A stretch of 64,000 nucleotides of DNA, taken from the NCBI GenBank assembly GCA_903861305.1, contig CAIOTT010000049.1, forward strand, positions 4,265 through 68,264. The letters run 5' to 3'. Positions 37,793 through 47,077 of the stretch are shown here, one piece after another; within the stretch, counting starts at the first letter, position 1; each line of letters begins with the position of its first letter. The notes beneath the pieces are model-generated. The model ran no database searches, was not told where the DNA came from, and was given only the letters and a program-made list of their open reading frames with translations. Both the position numbers and the translations under genes were made by a program. Source of the DNA: Candidatus Omnitrophota bacterium. Its GTDB lineage: Bacteria > Omnitrophota > Gorgyraeia > Zapsychrales > Fredricksoniimonadaceae.

Positions 37793-38985
37793 GAAAGTGC
37801 CGGGTCTGCCGTTCTGAGCATTTGACGCCCGCGATGGATGCCGGCCTTCAGCCGATCAGCAACCGTTACGTGCGCACACCGGAGGAAAGGGAAAACTTGT
37901 TCCCCTTGACCTGGGACCTGTGCGGCGATTGCGGCATGCTGCAGCTGGCGGGCTTGATCCCGCCGGAAGAGCTCCAGCCCAGGTTTGACTGGATCACGTA
38001 TAATGAGCCTGAGGACCATCTGGATGCCATGGTGGCAATGCTGGGCGGTCTTGCGGGCATGAGCGCGCAAAAAAAGATCCTGGGGATCAGCTTCAAGGAT
38101 GACACGACCTTGCGGCGGTTAGGGCACAAAGGGTTTAAGAACACCTACCGCCTGGATCCTTTGAAAGATCTCGGGATAACCTGTCCCGGTGCGGGAGCGG
38201 AAACATTGCAGTTAAGGATCGAGCCCCAAAGGCTGCGGGCCTTTGCGCAGTCCCATGGCCGCAGCGACATGGTCATCGTCCGCCATATCCTCGAGCACGC
38301 GCATGATCCCGCGGCATTCCTGGATGGGCTCAAGGAACTGGTCAACCCGGGCGGTTACCTTGTGATAGAGGTCCCTGATTGTTCACGCGCGATAAGGCGT
38401 CAGGATTACACCACGCTCTGGGAAGAGCATGTGCTGTATTTTTCTCCCGTAACATTTCAATGCTGCCTGCGTGAGGCCGGTTTCTCGCTGAAGCAGTTCT
38501 GTATTTATCCCTATGCATTTGAAGATTCCCTGGTTGGTGTGGTCCAGGCGGCTCCCGGGTCCGCGGCTGAGCGCGGCGGGCCCGATAGCCAGGCTATGGC
38601 CGATGTGCGGCGTTTTGCCGACGGCTTCAAGGATCACGGGGCCGCGGTGCGGCTGGCGTTCGAAAGAATGAGACGTGAGCATGGCAGGATCGCCGCTCTG
38701 GGGGCCGGACATCTGGCGAGTTCATATATTAATTTTTTTGACCTTGGCCCGCTGATCGAATGTGTGATGGATGATGACCCTCACAAGGAAGGACTTTTCA
38801 TGCCGGGATCGCGATTGCCGATCCTTCCCTTCCGGACATGGCCAGAGAACAATATCAAGGTTTGCGCTCTGATGATCAACCCCATGAGCGAGGACAAGGT
38901 GCTTTCACGGTACGCGTCTTTTCTTGAGCAGGGAGGGATGTTCGTGTCCATTTTTCCCGAAAGCCGTCTGGCTTTAAAAATCTAG
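37789..38985 (+). CDS. NDP-sugar C-methyltransferase-like enzyme (TylC3 family architecture) with N-terminal zinc ribbon
   Basis: CRVCRS..CGDCGMLQL zinc ribbon, a methyltransferase core (VRHILEHAHDP..GGYLVIEVPD), and a C-terminal Rossmann-like domain (ALGAGH). Confidence 0.6.
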   Translation: MRKCRVCRSEHLTPAMDAGLQPISNRYVRTPEERENLFPLTWDLCGDCGMLQLAGLIPPEELQPRFDWITYNEPEDHLDAMVAMLGGLAGMSAQKKILGISFKDDTTLRRLGHKGFKNTYRLDPLKDLGITCPGAGAETLQLRIEPQRLRAFAQSHGRSDMVIVRHILEHAHDPAAFLDGLKELVNPGGYLVIEVPDCSRAIRRQDYTTLWEEHVLYFSPVTFQCCLREAGFSLKQFCIYPYAFEDSLVGVVQAAPGSAAERGGPDSQAMADVRRFADGFKDHGAAVRLAFERMRREHGRIAALGAGHLASSYINFFDLGPLIECVMDDDPHKEGLFMPGSRLPILPFRTWPENNIKVCALMINPMSEDKVLSRYASFLEQGGMFVSIFPESRLALKI

Positions 38986-38994
38986 AGGTCCGTT

Positions 38995-39504
38995 ATGCCC
39001 TATAAGAAGATCAATGACGAGGTCTATTACGCCGAGGGGAGCATCGTCGAGTTTTCGGCCAAAGACTATGTTTTTCTCAAAGAGGCCGCGGCACGCAATC
39101 CGCGCCAGCGCTCCCGCCTTTGCGTGCATCCCGGCACGGACGCGCCGATCCATGAAATGTTCATCGTGCATCATCATGGCGCCTATGTCCGTCCTCACAA
39201 ACAGCTGGCCAAGAACGAGTCGTTGCAGATACTTGAAGGCGAAGCCGATGTCCTGCTTTTCGACGAAGCCGGCAAGCTGCTGCGTATCATAGAGCTCGGG
39301 GATATGGCGTCGGGCAAGACGTTCTTTTACCGGATGGAACACCAGGATTTTCATACCTTGAGGATCCATTCGCCGATAGTTTTTATCAAGGAAGTGACGG
39401 CAGGGCCCTTCCTTTTGAAGAACACGATCTTTGCCCCCTGGTCGCCCGACGAGAAAGATACCGCCGGGGTGGTGAAGTTCCTGGAACAGATACGGACCAT
39501 GTGA
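38995..39504 (+). CDS. WbuC family cupin-fold protein
   Basis: NPRQRSRLCVHPGTDAPIHEMFIVHHHGAYVRPHK matches my recollection of the WbuC family core. The size of 169 aa fits. Confidence 0.65.
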   Translation: MPYKKINDEVYYAEGSIVEFSAKDYVFLKEAAARNPRQRSRLCVHPGTDAPIHEMFIVHHHGAYVRPHKQLAKNESLQILEGEADVLLFDEAGKLLRIIELGDMASGKTFFYRMEHQDFHTLRIHSPIVFIKEVTAGPFLLKNTIFAPWSPDEKDTAGVVKFLEQIRTM

Positions 39505-39526
39505 TCCGGCAGAATAAAGGAAGATC

Positions 39527-40768
39527 ATGCTAAAGCCATACTATCAAAGGACAACATGCCGTTTGTGCGATTCGACGCGCGTGGTTTCGGGGGTCAAGTT
39601 CGAGGCGACGCCGCCCGGAGATATCTTTATTCCCCGCGAGGCGCTGGATAAACCGCAGGAGCGTTACCCTTTGGAGGTCATGCTCTGCGAGGATTGCGGG
39701 AGCATCCAGCTCTTGAATGTGGTCGATCCGCAGATCCTTTACGGCACATATCTTTATGAAACTTCATCCTCGCTCGGTTTGCCCGAGCATTTCCGCAGGT
39801 ATGCCCGTGAGGTCGTGGACCTGACCGGTGTGCTGGCGGGGTCGCTGGTCGTTGACATCGGCAGCAATGACGGGACGCTGTTGCGCTGTTTTCAGGAAAT
39901 GGGGATGCGGGCTTTGGGTGTTGATCCTTCGCCGATGGCGGTGGCGACGGCGCGTTCGCGGGGCGTGGAAACGATCCAGGCATTTTTTAACAGGGATATG
40001 GCCGCGGACCTGCGGGAGCGCCACGGCAGCATCGCGATCGTGACCGCGAACAACGTGATCGCCAATGTGGACGCCCTGGGTGATTTTGTCGACGGCATCC
40101 GTGACCTGATCGACCCGGACGGGTATTTTGTAATGGAAACAGGCTGCGGGAAAAGCCTGTTCGACAACAAGTTGATCGATGTGGTTTACCATGAGCATCT
40201 GTCGTATTTCACCGTTAAGCCGCTCGAAGCTTTCTTCCGCCGCCATGGCATGAAGATGATCGATGCCTGTCATATCCCCACCAAGGGCGGGTCGATCCGC
40301 TGTGTGGTGCAATCGGAAAGATCATCGCGCGTCCCGGAGAGGACGGTCGCGGCGATGATCGCCCTTGAAGAGGAAGGCGGCGCAGGTACATTGGCGCCGT
40401 GCCGTGAAATGACGGCGTTCATCAGGGAAAGGAAGGCCGGGCTGCTGTCGCTGCTGGACCGGTTGAAAGCGGAAGGCAAGACCGTCGCGGGGTATGGGGC
40501 ATCTGTCGGGGTGACGACGCTCCTGTATTTGATGGACCTGGACAGGAGGCTGGATTATTTGCTGGATGACAACCCGGTCCGTTTCGGGCTTTTTTCACCC
40601 GGGCATCATGTCCCGGTATTTGATTCGCGGGAAGTGGCCTGGCGCAAGCCGGACTACATCCTCATCCTGGCCTGGCGTTACAACGATCCGATCATGAAAC
40701 GCCATGGGGCATACACCGGCCGGGGAGGGCGTTTTATCACGTTCCTTCCTGAGCTCAGGGTCATATAA
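39527..40768 (+). CDS. NDP-sugar C-methyltransferase (TylC3 family architecture) with N-terminal zinc ribbon
   Basis: CRLCDS..CEDCGSIQL zinc ribbon, SAM motif VVDIGSNDGTLL, and a C-terminal domain (VAGYGASVG..LLDDNP). Confidence 0.7.
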   Translation: MLKPYYQRTTCRLCDSTRVVSGVKFEATPPGDIFIPREALDKPQERYPLEVMLCEDCGSIQLLNVVDPQILYGTYLYETSSSLGLPEHFRRYAREVVDLTGVLAGSLVVDIGSNDGTLLRCFQEMGMRALGVDPSPMAVATARSRGVETIQAFFNRDMAADLRERHGSIAIVTANNVIANVDALGDFVDGIRDLIDPDGYFVMETGCGKSLFDNKLIDVVYHEHLSYFTVKPLEAFFRRHGMKMIDACHIPTKGGSIRCVVQSERSSRVPERTVAAMIALEEEGGAGTLAPCREMTAFIRERKAGLLSLLDRLKAEGKTVAGYGASVGVTTLLYLMDLDRRLDYLLDDNPVRFGLFSPGHHVPVFDSREVAWRKPDYILILAWRYNDPIMKRHGAYTGRGGRFITFLPELRVI

Positions 40769-40798
40769 TCAACCAGTTGCCTGGTTTTAGGACATCCA

Positions 40799-42268
40799 AT
40801 GGCTAAAGAATTCAATGTTGTTCTCGTTGTGCCCAATCTTCGCTGGATCGATTCCGACATCAACGCGTTGTGGCACTATGTGCCCTACAATCTGTGCATC
40901 CTCGGTGCGATGATCGAGCCGCTATGCCGGGTTTCCATCATTGACGCGTACAAGCATGACATGTCCCCCGAGCTTTTCTCGGCGAAGATCAGGGAGAGCC
41001 GTCCGGATGTTGTCGGCTTGACCATCCTGATGGACCAATACGCTGAAGCGGGGCACCAGGCCGCGCGCCTGGTCAAAGCCGCTGTCCCCGGCGCGAAGGT
41101 TATCCTGGGGGGTGTTTACGCGACGATGAATCCGCTGAAGGCGGCAGAGGATGTGAATGTTGATTATGTCATGGTCGGGGAGGGCGAATACGCTTTTCGT
41201 GATCTCATCCTCCATTTCAAAGGCGAGAGGGACCTGCCTGAAAAGGGGTTGTGTTTTCGCCGTGACGGGAAGCTGGTGAACAGCGGGCGGGCAGAGTTCA
41301 TCAAGGACCTGGATGCTTTGCCGTTACCCGCCTATCATCTCATTGATTTCCTGTCGTATGCCAATGCGGCGGACAGAAAAAGTGTCGATGCCCCGCCGTG
41401 TTTTCCCTATGCGCGGCTGCTCACGTCAAGAGGGTGCCCCTACGGGTGCGTGTTCTGCCAGGTGGAATCCATCATGGGCAAGAAGTTCCGCAGCCGCAGC
41501 GCCGAAAATGTCCTCAGCGAGATCCGTTACCTGAAAGGAACATACGGCGTCCGGTCGCTCATGTTCGATGATGACAATCTATTTACGGACAAGGCGAGGG
41601 CCAAGGCGATCTTCCGGGGCATGATCGAACAGGGGTTGAGCATGCCCTGGCTGGCGATGTCAGTCGCGGTTTTCAGGCTGGATGAAGAAATGCTCGTGCT
41701 GATGAAACAGAGCGGGTGCGAATACATCAATATCGCGATCGAATCGGGCAGCAAGCGGGTCTTGACCGAGATCGTGCACAAACCGGTCGATTATGATCAC
41801 GCCAAGGAAATGGTCCGGCTGGCGAAACGCGAGGGGCTCTACGTGGCGGCAAATTTCATTGTCGGCTTCCCCACAGAAACATGGGACGAGATCCGCACGA
41901 CGGTGCGATTCGCGGAGGAACTGGGCATTGATTACATGAAGCTTTTTGCGGCCATTCCGCTTGAGAACACGCGCTTGTGGGACCTGTGTGTCAAGGAAGG
42001 GGCTTTTAAAAAGAATTTCTCGGAATCCGGGCGGCACTGGAGTTCAGGGCAGATAGAGACCAAGGATTTTTCATCGGCTGACCTGACCTTCCTCAGGGCG
42101 TATGAGTGGGACCGGGTGAATTTTTCGGACCCTGAGAAACGCCGCAAGACCGCGGCACGCATGAAGATCACCGAGGAGGAGCTCCTGCGGATCAGGCGGG
42201 GTACGCTCGATAACGCGAAGAACCGCGTTTATCTGGACCAAAAGGGCAAGCTGGAAAACAACACCTGA
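40799..42268 (+). CDS. Cobalamin-binding (class B) radical SAM enzyme
   Basis: N-terminal B12-binding-like domain (VMVGEGE) and cluster motif SRGCPYGCVFC. Confidence 0.8.
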   Translation: MAKEFNVVLVVPNLRWIDSDINALWHYVPYNLCILGAMIEPLCRVSIIDAYKHDMSPELFSAKIRESRPDVVGLTILMDQYAEAGHQAARLVKAAVPGAKVILGGVYATMNPLKAAEDVNVDYVMVGEGEYAFRDLILHFKGERDLPEKGLCFRRDGKLVNSGRAEFIKDLDALPLPAYHLIDFLSYANAADRKSVDAPPCFPYARLLTSRGCPYGCVFCQVESIMGKKFRSRSAENVLSEIRYLKGTYGVRSLMFDDDNLFTDKARAKAIFRGMIEQGLSMPWLAMSVAVFRLDEEMLVLMKQSGCEYINIAIESGSKRVLTEIVHKPVDYDHAKEMVRLAKREGLYVAANFIVGFPTETWDEIRTTVRFAEELGIDYMKLFAAIPLENTRLWDLCVKEGAFKKNFSESGRHWSSGQIETKDFSSADLTFLRAYEWDRVNFSDPEKRRKTAARMKITEEELLRIRRGTLDNAKNRVYLDQKGKLENNT

Positions 42269-42289
42269 GCAGCCAGCGCGAAAGCTTTT

Positions 42290-43354
42290 ATGCTACAGAA
42301 AAAGTTAAAGCTTGGTTTCATCGGCGCGGGGTTCATGGGGCAGCTGGCGCATATCGCCAATTATGCCCATATCCCCGGCTGCGAGCTTTTGGCCCTCGCG
42401 GAGTTGCGGCCTGAGCTGGGGCGGCGGGTCGCTTTGCATTACGGTATCCCCCGGGTCTATGATTCGCATGCCAGGATGCTCGCCGAGGCGGGGCTTGACG
42501 CCGTGGTCGCCGTCACACCCCGTTCAATGGTATTTGACACGGCGGCTGATTGCCTGCGGGCCGGGAAGCATCTTCTGACGGAAAAGCCCATGGCCTTAAG
42601 CCACGATGAGGCCAGCACCCTTGCGGGCATCGCGCGGGAAGGCGGGCTGATCTATGCTGTCGGGTTCATGAGAAGGTACGATGAAGGCATCCAGAAGGCG
42701 AAAGCCCTGCTCGACGCACTGGTGGCATCCAAAGAAATGGGGCGGGTGCTTTACGTGCGGGCGCACTGTTTCGGCGGGTACAATTACTGCAATATTGATG
42801 GCGCCATATCGACCGATGAGGCCATCCCGGGATATGTCCCGGACCGGGAGGTCGTTTTGGACTGGATCCCCGCGCCGCGCCGCGAGGATTACGCGCGCTT
42901 CGTGAATGTCTTTTCGCATAACATCAACCTGCTGCGGTTTTTGTTCGGCGACGGGTTTGCCATTGACCATGTTAACCTGTCGCGCCGGCATGCCGGCCTT
43001 GTTGTTTTAGACCGGGGTGAATTCCTGTGTGTCCTGGAAGCCGGCCATTACGAGAATCACGGCTGGTCGGAGACCCTTGACGTCTATTTTGAGCGCGGGC
43101 ATGTGAAGATCTATCCGCCGCCGGCCTTGCTGAGAAATGTCGCGGCCAGGGTCGAGGTGTACCATGGCGGGGGAAAGAACCAGACCGTGTGGCATGAGCC
43201 CGCGTGGTCGTGGTCTTTCAAGCGCCAGGCCGAAGCTTTTGTTGATGCGGCGCTCAGGCGGGCCCCCATGCTTTCAGCGGGCGAGGATTGCGTTGAGGAC
43301 ATGCGCATCATTGAAGCGATATGGCGCCGTGAGCTTGAAGGGCATGCCCTATGA
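42290..43354 (+). CDS. Gfo/Idh/MocA family NAD(P)-dependent sugar oxidoreductase
   Basis: LKLGFIGAGFMG Rossmann motif and the LLTEKP motif. Confidence 0.8.
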   Translation: MLQKKLKLGFIGAGFMGQLAHIANYAHIPGCELLALAELRPELGRRVALHYGIPRVYDSHARMLAEAGLDAVVAVTPRSMVFDTAADCLRAGKHLLTEKPMALSHDEASTLAGIAREGGLIYAVGFMRRYDEGIQKAKALLDALVASKEMGRVLYVRAHCFGGYNYCNIDGAISTDEAIPGYVPDREVVLDWIPAPRREDYARFVNVFSHNINLLRFLFGDGFAIDHVNLSRRHAGLVVLDRGEFLCVLEAGHYENHGWSETLDVYFERGHVKIYPPPALLRNVAARVEVYHGGGKNQTVWHEPAWSWSFKRQAEAFVDAALRRAPMLSAGEDCVEDMRIIEAIWRRELEGHAL

Positions 43355-44565
43355 ATGGCCTGGCAAAGGTATTACGGGCTCTGTGGCGCCGCAGCTTGTA
43401 TTTGTGGTTTATTCCGGGGATCCTGGCCGCGGTGATTATTTTCCTGATCCGGCCTTTGTGGTGCATTCGTTTCTGTATCGTGGGATTTGAAAGGATAGGC
43501 AATTTATACGTTGTCCTTTATTATTGGAATCTGAGCGCTGCGGGTGAGATAAGAAAAAGAACCACGAATATTTTTTATCTGACGCCTCATGTATCTTTTG
43601 TTGCCAACAGGCAGTGGCAGTTGATGATCACGCGTAAGACAAAGTTTTTTCCCTTGAACGGACTTTGCTGGGCGGTTGAAAGGGTGTTGTCGCGCTTGCC
43701 GCGCCCGGAAGCTCATCAAATCCCGGTTTTTCATCCCCCCACAGGGGATCTGTTGACGCTGATATGGCAGGCAAAGGCTCCGTTGCTGGAATTCACGGCT
43801 GAAGAACGGCGTTTGGGAGAGGAAGGCCTTCGCCGCCTTGGTGTCCCGGACCGGAATGAGTTTATTTGTTTTCATACCCGCGACGCGGCGTATTTGAACA
43901 ATGTGGGCAAGGGGAAGGACTGGACCTATCATGATTACCGGGACACGGGGATCAAGAATTATGTTGCTGCTGTTGAGCGGTATTTGATGAGTTCGGAACG
44001 TTATGCTTTGCGCATGGGGGCGGTCGTTGCGGAGGATGTTGCTATGTCCCATCCGCACATGCTTGACTATGCGACGACACGCGAGCGCGGCGATCTGATG
44101 GATATTTATCTCAGCGCCCGGTGCAGGTTTTTCCTGGGAACGGACTGCGGGATGACCATTTTCCCTGAAACTTTCCGCCGGCCGATGGTCTATGTGAACT
44201 GGGTTGCGGATACCCGTGTGCCGTATTACTGCCACAATGGCCGGGTTATTATGAAGAAATGGTATGACATCAGGGGGAAAAGGTTCCTGACCTTCTCCGA
44301 GATGTTCCGTCTTTTAGGGAACAGCAACATGGATATACGCGGGTGGGGCGTCGAGCTGGTGGATAATACACCGGATGAGATATTGGCTGTTATGGCGGAG
44401 ATCGACGAGGTGATCGACGGAAAATGGGATTGCACGAAGGAAGATGAGCGCCTCCAGGCGCGTTTTTGGGACCTGTGCGGGCGGGAAAAATGGCATTCGG
44501 CGATGTTCCGTGTCGGGCGGGAATTCTTGCGGGATAACGCGCCGGCGCTGGGGATCGGCCGATGA
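43351..44565 (+). CDS. Putative glycosyltransferase (TIGR04372-like), paralog A
   Basis: Shared blocks with 45449-47077 are FHTRD/FHVRE, RMG, and DIYLSARCRFFLGTDCG versus DVFLCARSRFFVGTSSG. The family name is from memory. Confidence 0.5.
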   Translation: MNGLAKVLRALWRRSLYLWFIPGILAAVIIFLIRPLWCIRFCIVGFERIGNLYVVLYYWNLSAAGEIRKRTTNIFYLTPHVSFVANRQWQLMITRKTKFFPLNGLCWAVERVLSRLPRPEAHQIPVFHPPTGDLLTLIWQAKAPLLEFTAEERRLGEEGLRRLGVPDRNEFICFHTRDAAYLNNVGKGKDWTYHDYRDTGIKNYVAAVERYLMSSERYALRMGAVVAEDVAMSHPHMLDYATTRERGDLMDIYLSARCRFFLGTDCGMTIFPETFRRPMVYVNWVADTRVPYYCHNGRVIMKKWYDIRGKRFLTFSEMFRLLGNSNMDIRGWGVELVDNTPDEILAVMAEIDEVIDGKWDCTKEDERLQARFWDLCGREKWHSAMFRVGREFLRDNAPALGIGR

Positions 44566-45461
44566 CGACAATGCCGCAAACAGCGATCATCGGCGCGACA
44601 GGGTTCCTCGGAAGGAACTTTTTGTCCGGCTACAGGAAATTGCGCCCGGACACTGTCGGGACCAGCCGCTCGGGCAAGGAAGGTCTTATTGACCTTGATC
44701 TGTTGTCGGCCGACATCAGGCCTTTAAAGCTGGCCGGGTGCAAGGAGGCCCTTATTTTTTCTTCCATGTGCGGGATGCTGGCGTGTGAGCAGGACCAGGT
44801 GTTGTCGCACAGGGTCAATGTCGAGGGCACCCTGCACCTGGTGCGCCAGCTAGCGGCGGCGGGAATAAAGCCGGTATTCTTTTCAAGTGAGATCGTTTTT
44901 GACGGGATGAGCGGCGGTTATGACGAGCGGGCATTGTGCAGGCCGTGCAATGCCTACGGCCGGCAGAAAGTTGAGGCCGAGGACGGCATCAAACAGATAT
45001 GCGCCGGCGGGAACTATCTTATTGTCCGTTTGTCCAAGATCTTTTCATTGATCAAAGGTGACGGGACCCTTTTGGATGAGATGGCTTCTATCCTGCACAG
45101 GGGTGGTGTTGTCCAGGCTGCAGCGGATCAAAAGATCGCCCCTACGCTTGTTACAGACCTGGTACAGGTCGTGGCCATGCTACAGATGAACAATGTCACA
45201 GGTGTGATCCATGTCAGTTCTTCGGAAGTATGGTCACGGTATGAGCTGGCGTTAGCCATGGCTGCGCAAATGAAGGTCGATCCTGCCATGGTCAAGAAAA
45301 TTTCGCTGGATGATCTCAAGGAACCTTATGCGCGGCCCAAGGATCCGAGTATGGATACAAGTAAATTGAAGAGCGTGATCGGTTATGATTTTACCTCGAC
45401 ACGTCAATGCATCGCGAACGTCGCGGCGAACTGGGAGGGAAGGTCGGTATGCCCGTGTTAA
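44562..45461 (+). CDS. RmlD-like NAD(P)-dependent sugar 4-reductase (SDR)
   Basis: AIIGATGFLGRN Rossmann motif and YGRQK (YxxxK). Size and layout resemble dTDP-4-dehydrorhamnose reductases. Confidence 0.65.
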   Translation: MTTMPQTAIIGATGFLGRNFLSGYRKLRPDTVGTSRSGKEGLIDLDLLSADIRPLKLAGCKEALIFSSMCGMLACEQDQVLSHRVNVEGTLHLVRQLAAAGIKPVFFSSEIVFDGMSGGYDERALCRPCNAYGRQKVEAEDGIKQICAGGNYLIVRLSKIFSLIKGDGTLLDEMASILHRGGVVQAAADQKIAPTLVTDLVQVVAMLQMNNVTGVIHVSSSEVWSRYELALAMAAQMKVDPAMVKKISLDDLKEPYARPKDPSMDTSKLKSVIGYDFTSTRQCIANVAANWEGRSVCPC

Positions 45462-47077
45462 AGAAGGGGGTTCTGTTCATTGACCGGAAAATAAGCCGTC
45501 TCCGCGAAGGCGGGCTGCGCTTTCTTTTATTAAAAGTTAAAACTTGCCTGAATGACCTGTGTTTGAATATTTTTGCTCCCCTCGCGGTCGTATTGCGCCT
45601 GGACTGGCCCTCTGCGTATTTTTTTGTGGGGAAGAAATTTGTAAAAAAGTTCAAGGGGGCCCTTGCCCAGGCCAAGCCCGATCTGAGGTTGTTCCGCGAT
45701 ACGCACGACAGGGCTATTGCCATTATGCAGCAGGCTGTTGCACGCACGCCGAAGTTGGATGAACTTCAGGAATGGCTGGATGCCAGCAAGCTCCTGCATG
45801 GGCTCTTGTGGATCAAGACGGAATTGGGGGCGTGCCGGAAAATATGCGACAGGATCGTGGATGTCCGGCGGGATCTGGCGGAAGCCCATCAACTGGACCG
45901 GATGAATATTGTCTTTTTGCCCAGGTTCCTGGCCTTTGGCGCGTTAGGCGCTTACGAGTATCTTTGCACATATATCAAGGCGGAAGAACTTAGCGGGGGG
46001 CCAGTCAAACAGAAAATCATTTTGGTCGACCCTAAGATCCCGGTCAACAATTATTCTTATTTGAATTATTGGCGGCGTTATGTCACGGTCATTACGGACC
46101 CGGCCCTTATCGATCGCTGTTGTGCGTTGGAGAAATGTTTGACGCTGCCGTTGAGCATGTTGATGCCTTTTCGGGGAAAGATGCGTTTGAGTAATTTTTT
46201 GTCGGTAGGGCTTATCAGGGAGTGCTGGGAAAAGGAAGGCCGGCCGCCTTTGCTGACGCTGTCCGCGGAAGATGCTGTGCGCGGCCAGGCGTGCTTAAGG
46301 GAACTGGGTGTCCCGGAAGGCGCCTGGTTTGTTGCGTTCCATGTCAGGGAGGGCAGTTCGAAAGATAAAGGTGGCCTGTCTGAAGATTTTCGCAACGCCG
46401 ACATTGGCAGCTATTTATCCTCCATGGCGGCAATAACCGCTGCCGGCGGCTGGGTCATCCGGATGGGTGATCCCGCCATGCAGCCGTTGACGCCGATGAA
46501 GGGGGTTATTGATTATGCGCACAGCTCTCGAAAGAGCGACTGGATGGATGTGTTTTTGTGCGCGAGATCGCGGTTCTTTGTCGGGACTTCTTCCGGGCCT
46601 TATACGGTTGCCATGGCTTTTGGTGTGCCGGTCGTCGCGACGAATTACATGTCTTCCTATACCATGTACTGTCTGACCAGCAAGGATATTGTGCTTCCCA
46701 GAATATGCTGGTCGAGGAGTGAGGGGCGCTATTTAAGTTTTCATGAATTGATCTCTCCGCCGGTGGGCATTGCTACTTCCCAAAGGATCTATGATGAGCT
46801 TGGCCTTGATATTATCCCTAATACGGCCGAAGAGATCACAGAAGCGGTGATCGAAATGTCAAGAAAGTGCGAAGGGAGCCTTCGCGACTCTGAAGAGGAC
46901 GCCCTTTTGCACCGGGATTTCAGGGCCTTCTCGGAAACATGCAGCCTGACCTATGGCGATGAAAAGATCCCTGTCAACGCAAGGGTCGGGACAGCTTTCC
47001 TGCGAAAACATGCCATGCTCCTGGATCCGGCGCGCCGCACGGGGCGTGTTGAGGGAGGAGGGAGTTCGTTATGCTAA
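45449..47077 (+). CDS. Putative glycosyltransferase (TIGR04372-like), paralog B
   Basis: GGGAGGGAAGG lies upstream of ATG 45449. The conserved blocks shared with 43351-44565 are listed there. Confidence 0.5.
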   Translation: MPVLKKGVLFIDRKISRLREGGLRFLLLKVKTCLNDLCLNIFAPLAVVLRLDWPSAYFFVGKKFVKKFKGALAQAKPDLRLFRDTHDRAIAIMQQAVARTPKLDELQEWLDASKLLHGLLWIKTELGACRKICDRIVDVRRDLAEAHQLDRMNIVFLPRFLAFGALGAYEYLCTYIKAEELSGGPVKQKIILVDPKIPVNNYSYLNYWRRYVTVITDPALIDRCCALEKCLTLPLSMLMPFRGKMRLSNFLSVGLIRECWEKEGRPPLLTLSAEDAVRGQACLRELGVPEGAWFVAFHVREGSSKDKGGLSEDFRNADIGSYLSSMAAITAAGGWVIRMGDPAMQPLTPMKGVIDYAHSSRKSDWMDVFLCARSRFFVGTSSGPYTVAMAFGVPVVATNYMSSYTMYCLTSKDIVLPRICWSRSEGRYLSFHELISPPVGIATSQRIYDELGLDIIPNTAEEITEAVIEMSRKCEGSLRDSEEDALLHRDFRAFSETCSLTYGDEKIPVNARVGTAFLRKHAMLLDPARRTGRVEGGGSSLC

